Below, piece by piece: positions 1 through 13,745 of a stretch of 64,000 bases of DNA. Source of the stretch: Phoronis australis (lineage: Eukaryota > Animalia > Phoronida). The notes beneath the pieces are model-generated. The model had not been told where the DNA came from and did no database searches. It saw only the letters and a program-made list of their open reading frames with translations. Within the stretch, counting starts at the first letter, position 1. Each line of letters begins with the position of its first letter. The position numbers and the translations under genes were made by a program. The DNA is taken from assembly GCA_002633005.1 (NCBI GenBank), contig NMRA01000011.1, positions 299,451 to 363,450 on the forward strand. Reading direction: 5' to 3'.

Positions 1-207
1 AACCGTATGGAACTAAGATGCCCCTGTCATGAGAACTGATGTGACATGTTCCGTTTACAGGTGGTTTGTTGGTACACAATGTGAGATAAGTTACTCCGGT
101 CCTGTTTTCTGCACTGATGGTCAAAGATAGACCTAATCTGAACTTTTCAACTTCGTAGTACTTTTCGAACAGACCAGGCTCTATCGCAATGGACTTCATC
201 CTTAAGT
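1..207 (-). CDS. PKD1-like exon 17, REJ (runs off window; not in ORF track)
   Basis: atttcag|AC TTA AGG...; phase 1; open to base 1: DLRMKSIAIEPGLF...TNKPPVNGTCHIS, the REJ N-x-P-P-x-x-G-x-C motif. Confidence 0.88.
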
Positions 208-1276
208 CTGAAATCAAAAACAGAGGAAAACACGACATTAGAATAGTTTAAGTTCCATAAGGACCCACAGGCAATAATAACAATGACAATGGTAATCATA
301 TTGAAAACAATAACGAAAAATTATGATAATGATAACGTAAAAGTAGTAATAACCAAAATCACACAGCTACGAAATTGGATCAGAATTAAAATGTCCTTCG
401 GATATGCGAGAGACCATTTAGAAACATCAATGTACGAAGATCGCTCACAGGTTCCAGTAGGAGCTCTCGTAATATTTAAATCCTCAGCCACACAAAATGC
501 AGTGGTCTGTTGCTGACATAAAGAGGTACGTCGCTTCAACAGTAACAGCAATCACAGCAATATTAACAATTTGAAGTAGCAGTGCTGTAGTCGTAAAATA
601 AGAGGTAAGTAGGCGCCCAAAGCCGGCCGTATCACCTTGAGCACTGAATGTAACTTACAGGCGCTACGCTCAAACGCCAAAAGGTGGTTGGCTGCGCCTA
701 CATGTACGTGCGCCTACGCCCCACTATAGCACTAAGTAGCACTACACAAAACCGTTACTCAGGCTGTGGACCAGTTAATTCTTTACGTGTCTCAACTTTC
801 TGGCTAAGTAAAGAATATTTAAAGTGGCTATAAACCTGACTTTAATTGATTTAGAACACGTGACATTATGAATTTGGTCGAAAAAATTTTCCTTAGTCCA
901 ATTGGAGGTGATTTCAGGACTTCAGTGACTATTTGTTATTGCTAAGACCAGGCTCTACAAAGTGGCTCTCAAGGTAGAACAAACAGTCAGTTCTTTGCAA
1001 ACCAGGAATCGTTTATCATGTGAGTAAGGGAAAGGTCAAGACCAGATGGTTTAACTCGAAAGTACTGTTTGTACGGAACGCGCCACGTTAAGGTTAAGTA
1101 GGATACAAGGAAGTGCCCAAGCGCAGCACTTCAGATCGTCTTGTCTCAGAAATAGCTGATATTGAAATCACATGAAACTTTCAAATGCTACGTTTTATGT
1201 AGTTCTTCAAAGTGCGTTTACGAATTGAAAGATGTTTCCTTTTTTCACCCTAGAGGTCAGTTTCAGTCTCAGTTAC

Positions 1277-1467
1277 CTGACACGTAGTAATCAAAGTCGG
1301 CCATACTCTTCCAGGCACCATCAACCCATTTGCTCATATCCCAAGTATATTGCTCAAGATCACTAGTAACACACTTCTCCCGGCATTTGCCAATGAGAGC
1401 CAGTCGGTGACTAGGGTTGATCCGCTGGCCACACTCGTTGCGTTTGCACAAACCCCCACGTGCGCAC
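1277..1467 (-). CDS. PKD1-like exon 16, REJ
   Basis: ttcttag|G TGC...TCA G|gtaact; phase 2/1; RINPSHRLALIGKCREKC...YTW. Confidence 0.88.
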
Positions 1468-2902
1468 CTAAGAATGAGTGGTGTTTGTTAGCTCATAAAT
1501 GGCAAAATGCCAGGGTAATCGTATACATGTACCTTACACTTGCACAATAACGGTCTTATAAATGGGATGCCTGCGCGGATATATATATATATACATGTAT
1601 ATATAGGTTATCCGTCGTAATAATAATCCTACTACTTATCCTATCGAGAATTCATTTCATCTGGGAATGTCCCAACATGACCTTCGGTAAAATGAATTCG
1701 AGATAAGATATCGCAGTGATATTCCTATGTATGTAAGACAACCTATTTATCCCATCTATATGAACTTATTTGCACCAATGCGACAACACCTTGTGTCGCG
1801 TCCTCCCGCTTGTTGTTATATGACGTCATATGTACGTCAAGCACGGTACACAAGCCGGGTAAGCGACACGATTATCTGTGAAAGTGTTGAATAACCAGTA
1901 CACTTTCATAATAAATTGATAAGCATTTTCAATTCGTGAAAAAATCAAGTTAAAGCAATGAACCAATCAGTAATATCATAAGTTTGTCGATCCGTCCGAG
2001 AACATAAAAATTGAAACATTCACTGATCAGTTGTGCAGCAGTGCGTCATTTTAGCTTCTATGAATTTCATAGTTTTCTTATTCTATTTTCATGTCTTAGC
2101 TTCTGGACTGCAAATAGTAATAGAAACATTTCCCCTTGTTGATAACAGCTTTGGAAAATAAGAAACTGTACTGACTTGCAGAACTTGGGGTAAGAATTGA
2201 GTATCGAAAAAGCAGATTTTACAATACGACCGCGACAGCAACGGAGACTTCAGGAACGCTGCGAGCAGACGATTAGGTCGCAATTTCCTGTAAAGACCAC
2301 AGCTCTCAGTGTAGATATACTGCATGCATCCATAAGGAAACGTTCGCGTTGGATTTGAATTAGGTTTTTGGTTGGTTTTGTTGGACGGGATCGCTATTTA
2401 GCTTGACCTCCATGTATTTATGGTGACCGAGATCGAAACTTCAGCGAGGCACAAAAGCAGCCGTCTGATCACCTTGCGTCGGAATTTTCATCGGTAAATC
2501 TTTTCTGTTTTAGAGCAGTAAAACTGCATTTTCAAGAACAACGACTTGAATTAATGATGTAAGTAACCCAAATGAACAAGCTCAACCAAATTTGACGTTG
2601 CACACGCGAATTCCCCTACTCCATCAGGAGGCTGTTCACCAACCGTGAAATACGACTTCTGCCAGTGTATACGGCCTCTACCGTTGTATACGGATTGGCT
2701 CTACTTTTCCGTATTTCATAGTTAATAACGTGACGTATACAACACCCACATTTTCACGTATATGGGATGACTTGAATTATGCAACAGAAGGTATTATGGG
2801 TAGTTACATGTATGTAGGTCAGTAAATGCGCCATCACAGAAATGGCAATGTTGTCTTCTTACTTTATTACAACACATCAAGTTACGAGTCTTGGATACCT
2901 AC

Positions 2903-3234
2903 TTGATGCCAACAGATGGTGGATCTCCAGGTACGAGCCTTACACGCAAACTTCCTTTCTGTTCGCGAGAGTTCTTGCGTGCGTAGGCACATATTTCATA
3001 GGTCACGCCGGCCTGCATTATTGATGTGTTGACTTTAAGAATACCGGACTCGACTCCAGCTACATCGATGCGTCCTGGACCCTGACAGAAGCAACCTCCG
3101 TGACACGTCGTCATGTTCTGGAATTCTTCAAGGCTTTGTGGGGAAGATGCGATTGACGAGTTTAAACTGCCATTGGTAGTTTTCGGAAAAGTTTCGTTCT
3201 CACGTTTGCAATAAAACTCGAATGTGAACGTTTC
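2903..3234 (-). CDS. PKD1-like exon 15, REJ
   Basis: ttttcag|GAA...AA|gtaggt; phase 0/2; FTFEFYCK...GGCFCQGPG...VPGDPPSVGI. Confidence 0.88.
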
Positions 3235-3650
3235 CTGAAAATAACAATGAAAGTTCTTCTCACAGACTTAACCTGAGCCTTGAGTAAACGCAGATCATTT
3301 AAGTCTGAGAGAAAATCTGTGCTTCTCTCTTAAGAATCTCACTTTGCGACACTTTAAATTTGAAAAGCATTGAGAAAAAGATCTGCACACACTTCCAAAT
3401 TTTCAGCTATCCTACTAGAGGTTATATCATTCAAAGGTGTTTCCTGAATTATTGCATAATCATGTGAACATTCGCTATATATTTGATCGTTGCGATGTAA
3501 GTGGCCTCTAAAGCTTTACGAAATTGGACAGGCTCCAGTTTCGATACTGGTTCTTGTTATTCATTTCTGAAACACTTCCATTCTTGCAGGAACTAAAGAA
3601 TTTTCTTTTCAAAGACTACATTTATTAACATATGTCTCAACCAAACTTAC

Positions 3651-4523
3651 GTTTGTGTCATCAGGGTCTATGGTGTTTGCTTTAGCGTCTAACCTCAGGA
3701 CGCTCCCGTGTCCTCTGTAGACTGTAGACGCCGCTCCATCGAGCAAGCCAACCACAAGCGGTGATTCGATTATTTCAATAAAAATCCTGGAACGCCTCTG
3801 AAACAAAGCGGCAACTCCACCCATGCGGACTGTTAGCGCAATTTCGTAAACGCCATATGGAAGAAACTTCGATGGCACAACGAGGGTGGCCGATTTACTT
3901 GATATGAGTCCAGTCAGGTCAATATTTTCAATTGTTTCTCCGGAAGACGGATTCACCTTGGCCATGGTCCATGTTTTCTCGTTTATGGACGTTGCTCTGC
4001 ATCTTAACGTCAAAATTCCAACGATAGTAAACCGATCTTTCCTCATTACGCGTCGTTTATTGAATAAACTACTGGTTCCGTCCTGGATGGTCACATCAGG
4101 TTTATTGCAGTCTACATTCGAAATCATAAATTCTAAAAACTTTTCCGTGTGCGTTTTCTTGCTAAAGCCGGTTGCGTTTACGGTAAACTCTCCCTCTTTC
4201 GTGTATATATGACTAATTTTCATGGGATTTGAGATATTTCCAACATAGTCACATTCTATGCTCGACTGATTTCCTTGACAGGTGGTTAAACTCCCAAAGA
4301 AATTACACTTACTTCCGTCTCCCCAGTCGACTATAAGGCAAGAGTCGGGGCTGACGGCATCCATCGAAGCAATAATCTCTTTCTTCTGGTTTGGTTTTGA
4401 AACTTTATCTTGTTGGCGAAGCCGTAATCCCGTTATTCCTCTTACAACTTGTATTGCAATGTTTTTTTCCACAATGCTGCTGAACGGGTTACTACCGTTT
4501 ACCGTGATGTTGTAATGACCAAC
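3651..4523 (-). CDS. PKD1-like exon 14, last PKD repeat and start of REJ module
   Basis: tttaaag|GTT...AAC|gtaagt; 291 codons; VDWGDG, SHIYTKEGEF, C.KP.V.I, LVVPSKFLPYGVYEI, LRLDAKANTIDPD. Confidence 0.93.
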
Positions 4524-4706
4524 CTTTAAAAACACGTGACAACTTACACCAAGCAAGAGACATTTGCTTACATGTACGCATGCGCTGAGTTGTGCATTTA
4601 CAATGTGCGTGGTTAATGATTCACGACCGTCACCATTTTTCTTTTCCCAAGCAGACTTAACTACGAAATTTACATGCATTAATACCAGTTTGCCTGGCGT
4701 AGAGTT

Positions 4707-4940
4707 CTGGGGCCCGTTCTAAGAAACTGGCTTAAGTTCATTTTTTACTTCAGTCTAAGATTTGTCTAAAATTCCAAATTTTGAAACTTCCACATCCGGC
4801 AAGTTAGTCAAAATTACGACAGGACCTTAGTCAACAACTTAAGTCAAACTTAAGATCTCTTTCTTGAGGCAGACTTGAGATAAGTTTAACTTTTACCTTA
4901 AAATTGTCTTAGCCAAGTCATTTTCTGTCGCGGACCCCAG
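4707..4940. mobile_element. MITE
   Basis: TIR ctggggcccg / cggaccccag (9/10) with internal cttaag/cttag motifs. Confidence 0.5.
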
Positions 4941-5092
4941 CTTGCAAACTATCAGCATGTGTATAACGTGATTTTCCTTGAGCCATTTGCATATTGCGTT
5001 ATTAACTCTTGAAATACGCAATAAAGTCGAATTGAACAATCTAAAGTTTGAATGGAGCAGTGTTCGTAAATACCTGTGAAGTGATGCCTTAC

Positions 5093-5190
5093 CGGAAATC
5101 TATATTTCAAACGGTTTCCTTCCGATTGGCAGTAATGGATAGTTCGTACGTCACCTGATTCGGCGATCATATCTGTTGTCTTAACAGGCC
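5093..5190 (-). CDS. PKD1-like exon 13
   Basis: cttatag|GG...CCG|gtaagg; phase 1/0; ends LKYRFP and joins VGHYNITV to give a PKD-type Y.F...G.Y.I.V motif. Confidence 0.8.
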
Positions 5191-5736
5191 CTATAAGTAG
5201 CAATTGACAACTTTTTCTCGTCGAAGGATTCGATATTTCCACACATTCCATGTTCAGGGACCAGACTGAGTTATTTCACTCTTCAAACAATAAAAGAATG
5301 TAACACCAGTTAGCCATCACCTAATGAGCGATGTAGTGTACAGCAGCATCTGTGCGTTTGGTTTTCCAAAAATGACAATATTGTCGACCTCACATGGCTT
5401 TTTAATTATGTTAAATGAATGATTGACAATATAGTGAGGAGCGAGTCCCGTCCCGTCTTTAATACCAGGAAAACCTATTCGCAGGACAGGATTTTCAGTC
5501 TCTCCTGTTTACCGGCACCTTTCCGAGTAAAGAATGCCATCGTGTTCACACCAAGCTTCTATCGCGGAAAAGAAAATTACGTTAAAGCACGTGAAGCCAC
5601 GAGAGTGAAGGGTAAATGTTTCGCAGGTATTGTCGAGGCCTTACTAGCGTAACCTAACGGTCCTTGAAGTGACTGGTTGGTCTTTTCAATAATTCATCAT
5701 TTCATGGATTGTCGGGTAGAATTCTTTGTTTTCGTT

Positions 5737-6460
5737 CCGGTGTGTTCCATTGAAACGGGAACCCTGGTGTAAAACAGATATACCGGAGTCCAAAACAGCG
5801 AACCACACCAAAAACACGAACTCCGACCATTAAAATAGGAAGCCCGGGGATCGGACAGGAAACAAGTTTTCATATTTTCTGAGACTTCTGCCAGTAGCCT
5901 CAAATTTTTAATTAAAGCAACTTCAAGTACTTTCCAGATGTTTTCTGCATTTGTTAGTTAAAATTGTCAATAATAAAACGTAACTTATATTATATTGACC
6001 TTGTTATTTGATTTTTATCGACAGAGCTCGTGTAAATTGTCTGTGAGCGAATTTCAAAATTTATTAATCTGTACATTTAACACGTTATATTTAGTTAATT
6101 TCAGATTATTCCACAGTTTCTCCAAAACAAATTTTCAAAATTGAAAAAGCAAAAATATTTTTTCGACCTTCGTGTGCCATTGGTGGTTAATTTGTTGTGC
6201 CATGTACATGTACGCAACCTCGTCGAAGAAGACTACTCTTTAAGTAGGAAGATTTATTTCTCATCACACAATGTTTGATAGAAAGCGCGGGAGTGGTGTT
6301 TCGGTACCCTAGTGTCCTGTGCGATCCCCGGGGTTCCTGTTTTAAAGAACGGGGTTCGTATTGTTCGGGCTGGTTAGCTGTTCTGAAGGTTCGGGAGTCT
6401 GTTTGCGACCCCGGGATATCTGTTTTTACTGGGATTTCTGTTTCTTTTGAGCACCCCGAG
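5737..6460. mobile_element. TIR element
   Basis: aaaataggaagcccggggatcggacagg (about 5830-5860) is inverted relative to cctgtgcgatccccggggttcctgtttt (about 6316-6343); the arms extend about 120 bp. Confidence 0.55.
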
Positions 6461-6650
6461 TTATAAGCGAAAGTTTTTTACCACAATCACTTGGTTAGTG
6501 TCTTGGGTTTACGGGACGCAATCCTGGATACGTCAACGAAAATTAAGACCCGTCATTTGCAAATCTTAATCTTTAGAATACAGTTGTGATATAAAGTTTC
6601 CTTTACAAAACGAGCATCTTATTGACTAAGATGCGTATTCCAAAACTCAC

Positions 6651-6777
6651 CACCACCACATGACGGTTCTACGGAAATTTCGACCTCTTTGTCTTCTATA
6701 AACGTGCGCTTCTGTCCATTAATTTCTGGCTGTATGTTGACATTGAGCTGTCCACAAAGGACTGAGTACGCTTCGAC
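6651..6777 (-). CDS. PKD1-like exon 12 (not in ORF track)
   Basis: attccag|GTC GAA...GGT G|gtgagt; phase 0/1; VEAYSVLCGQLNVNIQPE...VEISVEPSCGG. Confidence 0.78.
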
Positions 6778-7348
6778 CTGGAATAGTTATATCTGTTAAG
6801 ATGGCTATAAAAAGAAAACGAATTGGCCATTTAACCCTTATAAAATCGTTAACAAAAATTCCTTTATCGTAAAAGGACTTGTTTTTTGGTTACAAGAAAG
6901 AACGTACAAACCCTCAAGAAAATCTTTGGAAATTTGTCGATTATAGTTGGGTTGGCAACTGAACCTTGAAATTTGAAAATGGCGCGCAGGGGTTTCCATT
7001 TAAAATAGGTCCGTCACGTAACCATTACCCGTGAGTACTACACATATCGGTTGTTGGTTTTGGCTTTTCGGTTAAGAACTCGAAATATGTTTTAATGACA
7101 ATTAAATGAGAAGAAATGTAGTTTTCAATAAAGTTAGTTTGATATCTTTGATGTTGAACGTAATTAGATGAGCTTTGTTTAACGGCAGTATAATCTTATG
7201 CAACCTAAGAGTCACATGGCATCCAGTTACAGTTCATCATTTGTGTAGCTTAGGGTTGGTCATTCCTTTGGGAGAGAAATACGAAATACAATGCGAGTTT
7301 GTTAACTGGCATGTTATTGTGAGCGAACAACTATTCACATGTATATAC

Positions 7349-7581
7349 CTCTTGCGTGAAGTTGATCTTTGACACTTTGTTTTCCACAGTGATCCTTGTA
7401 AGATAAATGCCTCCTGTCGAGTAATTTTTATCCAGGGTCATCGTTAAATCTGAGTTGTTTTGGTGTCCAAAATTCAGTTCGAGAATATCTATATCTCCAT
7501 TGTTCCAATCGAGCGTAACCGACGCGTTTGTTGGTATAGTCAAGGACCCTGGGTATGTGAGATTCATGTTGAGTAACTGTC
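7349..7581 (-). CDS. PKD1-like exon 11, PKD repeat
   Basis: gttacag|GA...GAG|gtatat; phase 1/0; LDWNNGD...NYSTGGIYLTRITVENKVS. Confidence 0.85.
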
Positions 7582-8096
7582 CTGTAACGGAAACACAAGT
7601 GTCGTGATACACTCTGCTTAAAATAAATTAACTTTCGTCACGTAGGTGGCCACATTCAATGAATTGGTTCATACAATATACAAACATAAGCCTTGACTGA
7701 ATGGAAGTCTCCTCTCGTTAAAGCTTACCAGAGAGAAAACAAAACTTATGAGTGCAGTCAGTGTTCGGCCAGAACCAAAAAGGCACAGCTAAGAGCGGAG
7801 GCTGAGCTGCAACGCATTTGTGGTGATTCAGTTTGAAATTAAAATCTACGGACATTTTAATGCGGTGTTCTATGCTTCTAATTAAAACATCGGTTAATCT
7901 CGAAGAGGAACAAGGTAGTCGTGGGGTGGTAACGACATGACGAAATGTTAAATCGTAAAGAAGCTGTTTTTGCAAATGACGAAATCAATCGCGTCCGGGC
8001 GATCGTTAAATATAGAATTACTATGACTGGTGATGCGATCCGTGATGATCTGGTAACTTATTCACTATCGAAGCTTTAGAAGGCTTGTTTGCTTAC

Positions 8097-8264
8097 CCGG
8101 AAGCAATACAGGAGAGTTGTGACTAACAGTAAAGTTGTCCAACACCGGATGTTGAGAATGAAGACGATGTTTTAGCGTAACATTACTGAATGCATCTTCT
8201 GCTCTGACGATTATGTCATAGGTACCCACTGCGGCGTACTGCTGAATCTTCGTCACCTCTTGCT
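8097..8264 (-). CDS. PKD1-like exon 10
   Basis: gtaacag|AG...CCG G|gtaagc; phase 1/1; QYAAVGTYDIIVRAEDAFS. Confidence 0.88.
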
Positions 8265-8838
8265 CTGTTACGAGAAATGATAATAGGTTTTAGTACCCAC
8301 GAGTGTAACAATGTAAGAATATGGCTTTTTCTCTGATCAGTTCTGGGAGGGAACATTTTTCCTCGTGACAAAAGTTTTTAGACTTTTTCCGCAAATGTCT
8401 GCACTGATTCTACTACTGTGTGCCATTGTATACCCACATGATCAAGGTTTCATTGAAGCACTTCAATATTTTATTTGTTGGATTAATCCAGGGTTGACAC
8501 AGTAGGGTGGCTTGAATACTTCTAACCTGGTTTTACTAAACCTGCTCCCTGGTTTAACAAAACCAGGCTTTCAGACTTTTAAACCACGTTGGTGAAATGC
8601 AAGTTAGGTCTAAAATTAGAACAGCTTTAGGAAGACCAAATTTAAGTCTTAAACCTGGTTTTTTTAACCACCTTTATGAAATCGGCTGTTAGATTCCTAG
8701 CTGTGCCACTCCAACATGGAACGGTCTACGAAACCCACACTGACACAGCTGTACCGTAGACTTATGTAGTGATAAAAATAATGTTTGATTGTTTGGAGAA
8801 CGTTGATCGCCTGCAAAAGTATTGATTTAGTTTCTCAC

Positions 8839-10044
8839 CTGAATTTTGTACGATGTCGCTCTGGCCATTCCCGTAAGTCCAAAACAGTGTAACATTGTCT
8901 CCCGCGTCCATTGAAACTTTCACTGTAACGTTTTCGCTCGGCTTCGAGTGAGGCGGGTCGACTTGAAGAACTATGTTTTCGATTGGACGCAGTACTTCCA
9001 CGCTCGTATTAACAACAAGGAAGCTGATGGGGTTGGAAATGGTCACCGATACATGAAAGGAACCGGGTGTACCAAACTGGATTGTGAAACCTTGCCCGGT
9101 GTATTCGATACGACCGCTTATTGCCTTGTTATCTATCGAGTACTCGTAAACTGCCAACACAGGAAGAGAGACAAGTGGATCTTGGATAAAACTAATCTCT
9201 CCTAAACCTTTGCCGTTAAGATATTTAACTGGAGAAACTGGCTTCAGGGTGATATTTGCTACTTTATTCAGAACATACACCGTTTGGAAAAGTATCTTCC
9301 GTGTTATTGGGTTACTAACGACGACACTTGTGTTGAAGCAATCTGGTGTGCTGTACAAGTGTGTCCTGTTGACAGACGAATTGCTCGGCCATTGTTCCCC
9401 GCTAGGTTGGCAGACTGTTTCATTCTCTCCGTCTCCGTAATCAAAGAGGATGCAAACGCTTGTGCCATCGTCTGCCGACACGGTGAACATGACGAAGTTG
9501 TTCAGACTCGTGACATTTTGATCTACAAACATTCGGACATTGGTGATGTATTTTTCAATGGAGAAGTTGGTGGCTAACACGAACGTTCCCAAAGCATTGG
9601 TTGCTGTCAAGACAAGTGGCAAATTTCCATATGACGTCACTGAACTGATTTTCGTGCTTATGCCAGTCTGCATCGTTTCGTTAGCAAATACACTAAAATT
9701 TTGTCCGTTGAGTGATAAAGCAAAGGTTGCGTTACCACCACTGTAAGTGAACGAGATGAAAATGGGTTGTCCAATTTCTGCACCTTCTTTGTCGAGTTTG
9801 ACGTCAGTTATACGTTTTATCGCAACAACCGCTAACTCTGTCGATGCATTACTTATTTCGTTAATGCACGTCACAGTGACGTCAAAGTACCCAACATCAG
9901 TGTAGGTATAGTTCTTTGCCTTGCAAGCTTGGGAAGAATTTGATGAATGTGTGTAGAAGCTTTTGGAATCACCAAACTCCCAGACGCATACATATGCATC
10001 GCCGCTCACCACGCTCATGTTGAACCGGTTTTCTTCGCCAGTAC
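8839..10044 (-). CDS. PKD1-like exon 9, several PKD repeats (402 codons)
   Basis: gtttcag|GT...TCA G|gtgaga; motifs CVWEFGD, YTYTDVGYFDVTVTCINEIS, FDYGDG, PGSFHVSVTISNPIS, FWTYGNG. Confidence 0.93.
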
Positions 10045-10339
10045 CTGAAACGAAACGAAATCAGGTTCCCTTTGCATATCAAACAAAGTAGTGTGTAGCC
10101 TTGTTTCTGTGTTTACCTTAATTCTAGTTTCCATTTTGCATATTCATAAAAAGCTGACACGAAGGATAACACAGTCTGTATCTTCATACCGAAATGGGAT
10201 ACCAATAACTTTAAGAAAACGTTCCCTTACGCTGACAGTGAGGTTACATTTCTAGCGCTCTCGGATCAATTGTAGTGACAAGTGGCTTTATGGAGCTTGC
10301 GCTGTTGGAGCCACTAAAATGACAGTATTGGTATACGTA

Positions 10340-10497
10340 CAGGTGTGGGTTCAATGGCGCTAGGACCAAGGCTACGACCTAGCTAAAATCTAGCCAAAGT
10401 CACGTGTTCTCATTTAAAAAAAAAACAATGCAATATCTCACGTAATCTTGCAAAGTCTTGCTTTTTAGCGAGGTCCTAGCGTTACTGAACGGGAGGC
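10340..10497 (-). mobile_element. MITE family copy (gctaggacct family)
   Basis: Reverse complement matches 50839-50900 almost exactly (ctcccgttcagtaacgctaggacctcgctaaaaagcaagactt). Confidence 0.7.
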
Positions 10498-12207
10498 AAA
10501 TGTATATAGTCTGGACTTACGTTGGTCATTGACTTCTACTGAAGAAGGTTGTGGCTGTTGAAATGGGAATGGGTTGTAAACTTACTAAATACGTTTGTAA
10601 ATTCATGAAATGCTCATTGGGATCTGTGGTCTCCTATTAATGCACTCAACAGTTGAGAAAGTGCAGTTGAGAGGGAAAGCCTGGTTCAGTAGCCATTGAC
10701 AGTTCGCGGTTGGACATAGAAAAAAATTTGAACATTGATCGTGTGTCAATTTAAAAGAGCTCGCACTTCCTCTTTAAGGATATTTCAAACCTAATTCACA
10801 AAATTTCACTGTGTATACAGTATTTCACATGTGTCTAGCAAAATACCTCATCTTCGTTCTTAGTGGAAACTGAAATACGAAACATTTGTTTCCTACTTAT
10901 CCATGGCCAAATGTTACAGATCTGTAACTCAATTAAGTCGAATCTCCCTTTTGGCATGTGCATTTCCCTTCATTCCCTGTGTCGCCATAAGATTGGTTTA
11001 CCTAGTTGTACATAGCATGAAAAGACGACAAGGAAAACGAGGGATCTTGATCAGTGAGTTGCACGTCTGCGTACATACTACCGTTGGCCGCCGGCGTACG
11101 ACATTACTAACACAGCAACTTGTGAACAAAGGTAAATCCTCACCAACCAAATTCATTCATTTCATCTGTAAATTGACGTTTTGCTGTTTCGATATCGTGC
11201 TCACGGTGCGTTCTTACCACATATACTGCGTTTCACAGTTGGTAACTTTTAGTTTTGACTTAAAAAGATGATAACGTTATAATAATAATGGCACATAAAT
11301 ATAAAATATATTTTAAGATCTCTGCTAATTTTTCTTTTACAAAATGCCTACTTTTATTTGTTGACATAGCCTGGGTTTTTCGATATGAGGTAGAATAGAG
11401 GTCACTAAATGAGGTTTGAGATATTAGGTTTTTCCGCAAGGCAGACGTGAGCACCAGCAACTGTGTGTCAATTAGTAGGCTTTCGACATGAGATTAGTTT
11501 GAATAGCTTGAGAAAATCCTGAAGGAATCATGCAAAACAGGCGCCCGTTCCCTACACGCAATACACGAAAATGTATGATCCCGCAAATCTTTGAGAAACC
11601 GCCATGCATGCACAGACAGCATGTGATAACACTACAATGTAATTGGTCATAACTCGCAAGTCATGCGTTTACAGAACTCAGTTCACGGACTTGTCCTAAT
11701 GAGGACTACACTTGATATAAACGAGTGTGTGCAGATTAATGGAAACACACTTTATTTTTTTTGCTTTAGTTGTCTTTGTGCGCGTATGAAACTTATATTT
11801 TACGCACAGGCGTTTAGACAACGCGAACACAAGACAAGATGAAAATCACGTTATCTGAATAACCTGGACGCCAGATGTCGCGAGCAGATGTGGCGATGCC
11901 AGTAGATCAAAGCAGTGAAGAACATGACAATGAAGACTAAAAAATCAGAGGAAACAACTATCAGAGGTCGTGTAATATAGATCGATGCCTCGGGGTTATC
12001 GGGTCGTATATAGCTCGATTGGATAAAGCAAGGTTAAAAGCGTTGCTCTTTCTCCGACCATACGGTCTGATATCATCTTCGGGATGGGTACATGTTTTCA
12101 TATACTTTCTCTTTTGAACCTAAGTACATATGCACTCCTTCGTTTTAACCTATCAAGCACATGAACAGTAAAAGCTACCTCTTACAGATAAAGTTAATCA
12201 TCATTAC

Positions 12208-12411
12208 CCACAATATTTGGTCCAGATAAAACCAGCCCTTCTATAGCTTCCCTCACTACCACGACGGTTTCGTTCTCCCTGTCACTAATAGCATTGGACG
12301 CCTTTACCATAATTACGTAACTTCCAGCCTTTCTGAACTCGTGCGTTACGAAGGGGTAGCTTGTCGTTGACAGAGTACCGTTTATGTTCCACGCGTAGGT
12401 GATGCCGTTGC
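12208..12411 (-). CDS. PKD1-like exon 8, PKD repeat
   Basis: cattttag|GC...GTG G|gtaatg; phase 1/1; ITYAWNING...VTHEFRKAGSYVIMVKASNAIS. Confidence 0.9.
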
Positions 12412-13225
12412 CTAAAATGAACACGGATGACAGAATCACCACTTTTTAAAAGTCATAAAATTAAAAATGGTTTTAATTATTCGAACAACACAGTGTCTCA
12501 TTTGTATATTACTGAAGCACCAGTACTGCATTACATAAAAGAATGCCTCCGTTGGGTATATACCGGCAAGACCAAGACGCGGAGCCATTTTAGATGCTAT
12601 GTCTCATTGAACCGTGAATATTTAAATTTGTAGGAAGCGCCACCTTGTGACTTGCTGTAGAACTGTGTGTACAAGTATAATCAGGAAAAGAAACAATTTG
12701 TAAAGAAATAGCGGTTTTAAAGAAAACACCACAACTGATACACTTACAAACAAGTTTAAATGTACAGAAAACCCTAGTAATTCCAAATACTATGCAATCT
12801 TTATTTGATAGTGAAATGAAAAAATAATAAAAACTGTGACTTGATGATATATTACCATACTCATTTACATAAAAATAGTTTCGCGAAACGAGACTTTCGC
12901 TAGATTGTAATGCTAACTGCTTCTCGGGTGGTTTCCGGCACACCGGAAGATCCGGAGTTGTTCAGTGCTTCATGTGTATATTCACAACTTAATGAGACAT
13001 AACATCTTTAATTTTAGCAGTGAAGCCCCAGTACATACCGTGGAGTGCGGCACGTGATTTATTAAGCGTTCCGAGCGATTGGCCAACTTCTGAGACACTT
13101 GCTGCAATCTCCAGTTTGTTGAAGACTGGAGGTGTGTAAATCCTGGAAACTAGCTAGTGGCAATCCCAAACAAAGTGTGGTGTCTGGGGCCTCAAGAGTC
13201 GTGATTCTGAGTTGGTTTTACTCAC

Positions 13226-13745
13226 CTGAGTGTGGAAGAAGGCGAAAGGTTGCAGACTGATTAACGGCAACATAGTCTGGACCAACTATTGTGGTGTCAT
13301 TGATACCGTCTGTCACCATCATTGTGGCATTTACTTCAGCTGACGAAGCAATTAGTTTCGTTTGAAGTTTCACACGAATGGTTTTATTGCCGACGTCTGC
13401 AAACGTGTGCCTAAATTTAACGCTTGTTGGACTAGTGACGATGGCTCTGACCATAGACTGTGTACCCGCAGCGGTTAGATTTGTCTGCGTGTAAACCTGG
13501 GAGCCCCCGAGCACTTTGAAGTCGGTCAGGGTGTCATCGGTTATATTTTGTACAGCGATGATGTGCTTGTCACTTTCATATCCTAGTATGTCTCCTTTCT
13601 TCAGCTTAAAATAGTGTGACTGGTTTAAACGAAGAATTTGATAACCCGTGCAACAAACGTTCTCTGTGACTGAATGTTTCAATCTATAGCCCGTTGGCGC
13701 TTTGATGGAAGAGTATCGCTCGGAAACAGATTCATTACACGTTGT
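13226..13745 (-). CDS. PKD1-like exon 7 (5' end abuts N at 13746; probably truncated)
   Basis: Open frame from the N to TCA G|gtgagt; ...YFKLKKGDILGY...FRHTFADVGNKTIRV...IVGPDYVAVNQSATF. Confidence 0.8.

Noticed and set aside
270-600. ORFs over AAT/AAC-rich sequence
   Set aside because: Intronic low-complexity sequence between exons 16 and 17.
4524-4679. N-terminal part of the 356-aa ORF
   Set aside because: Intron read-through upstream of the acceptor at 4524.
3886-9746. Plus-strand ORFs overlapping the large exons
   Set aside because: Antisense shadows of the PKD1-like coding exons.
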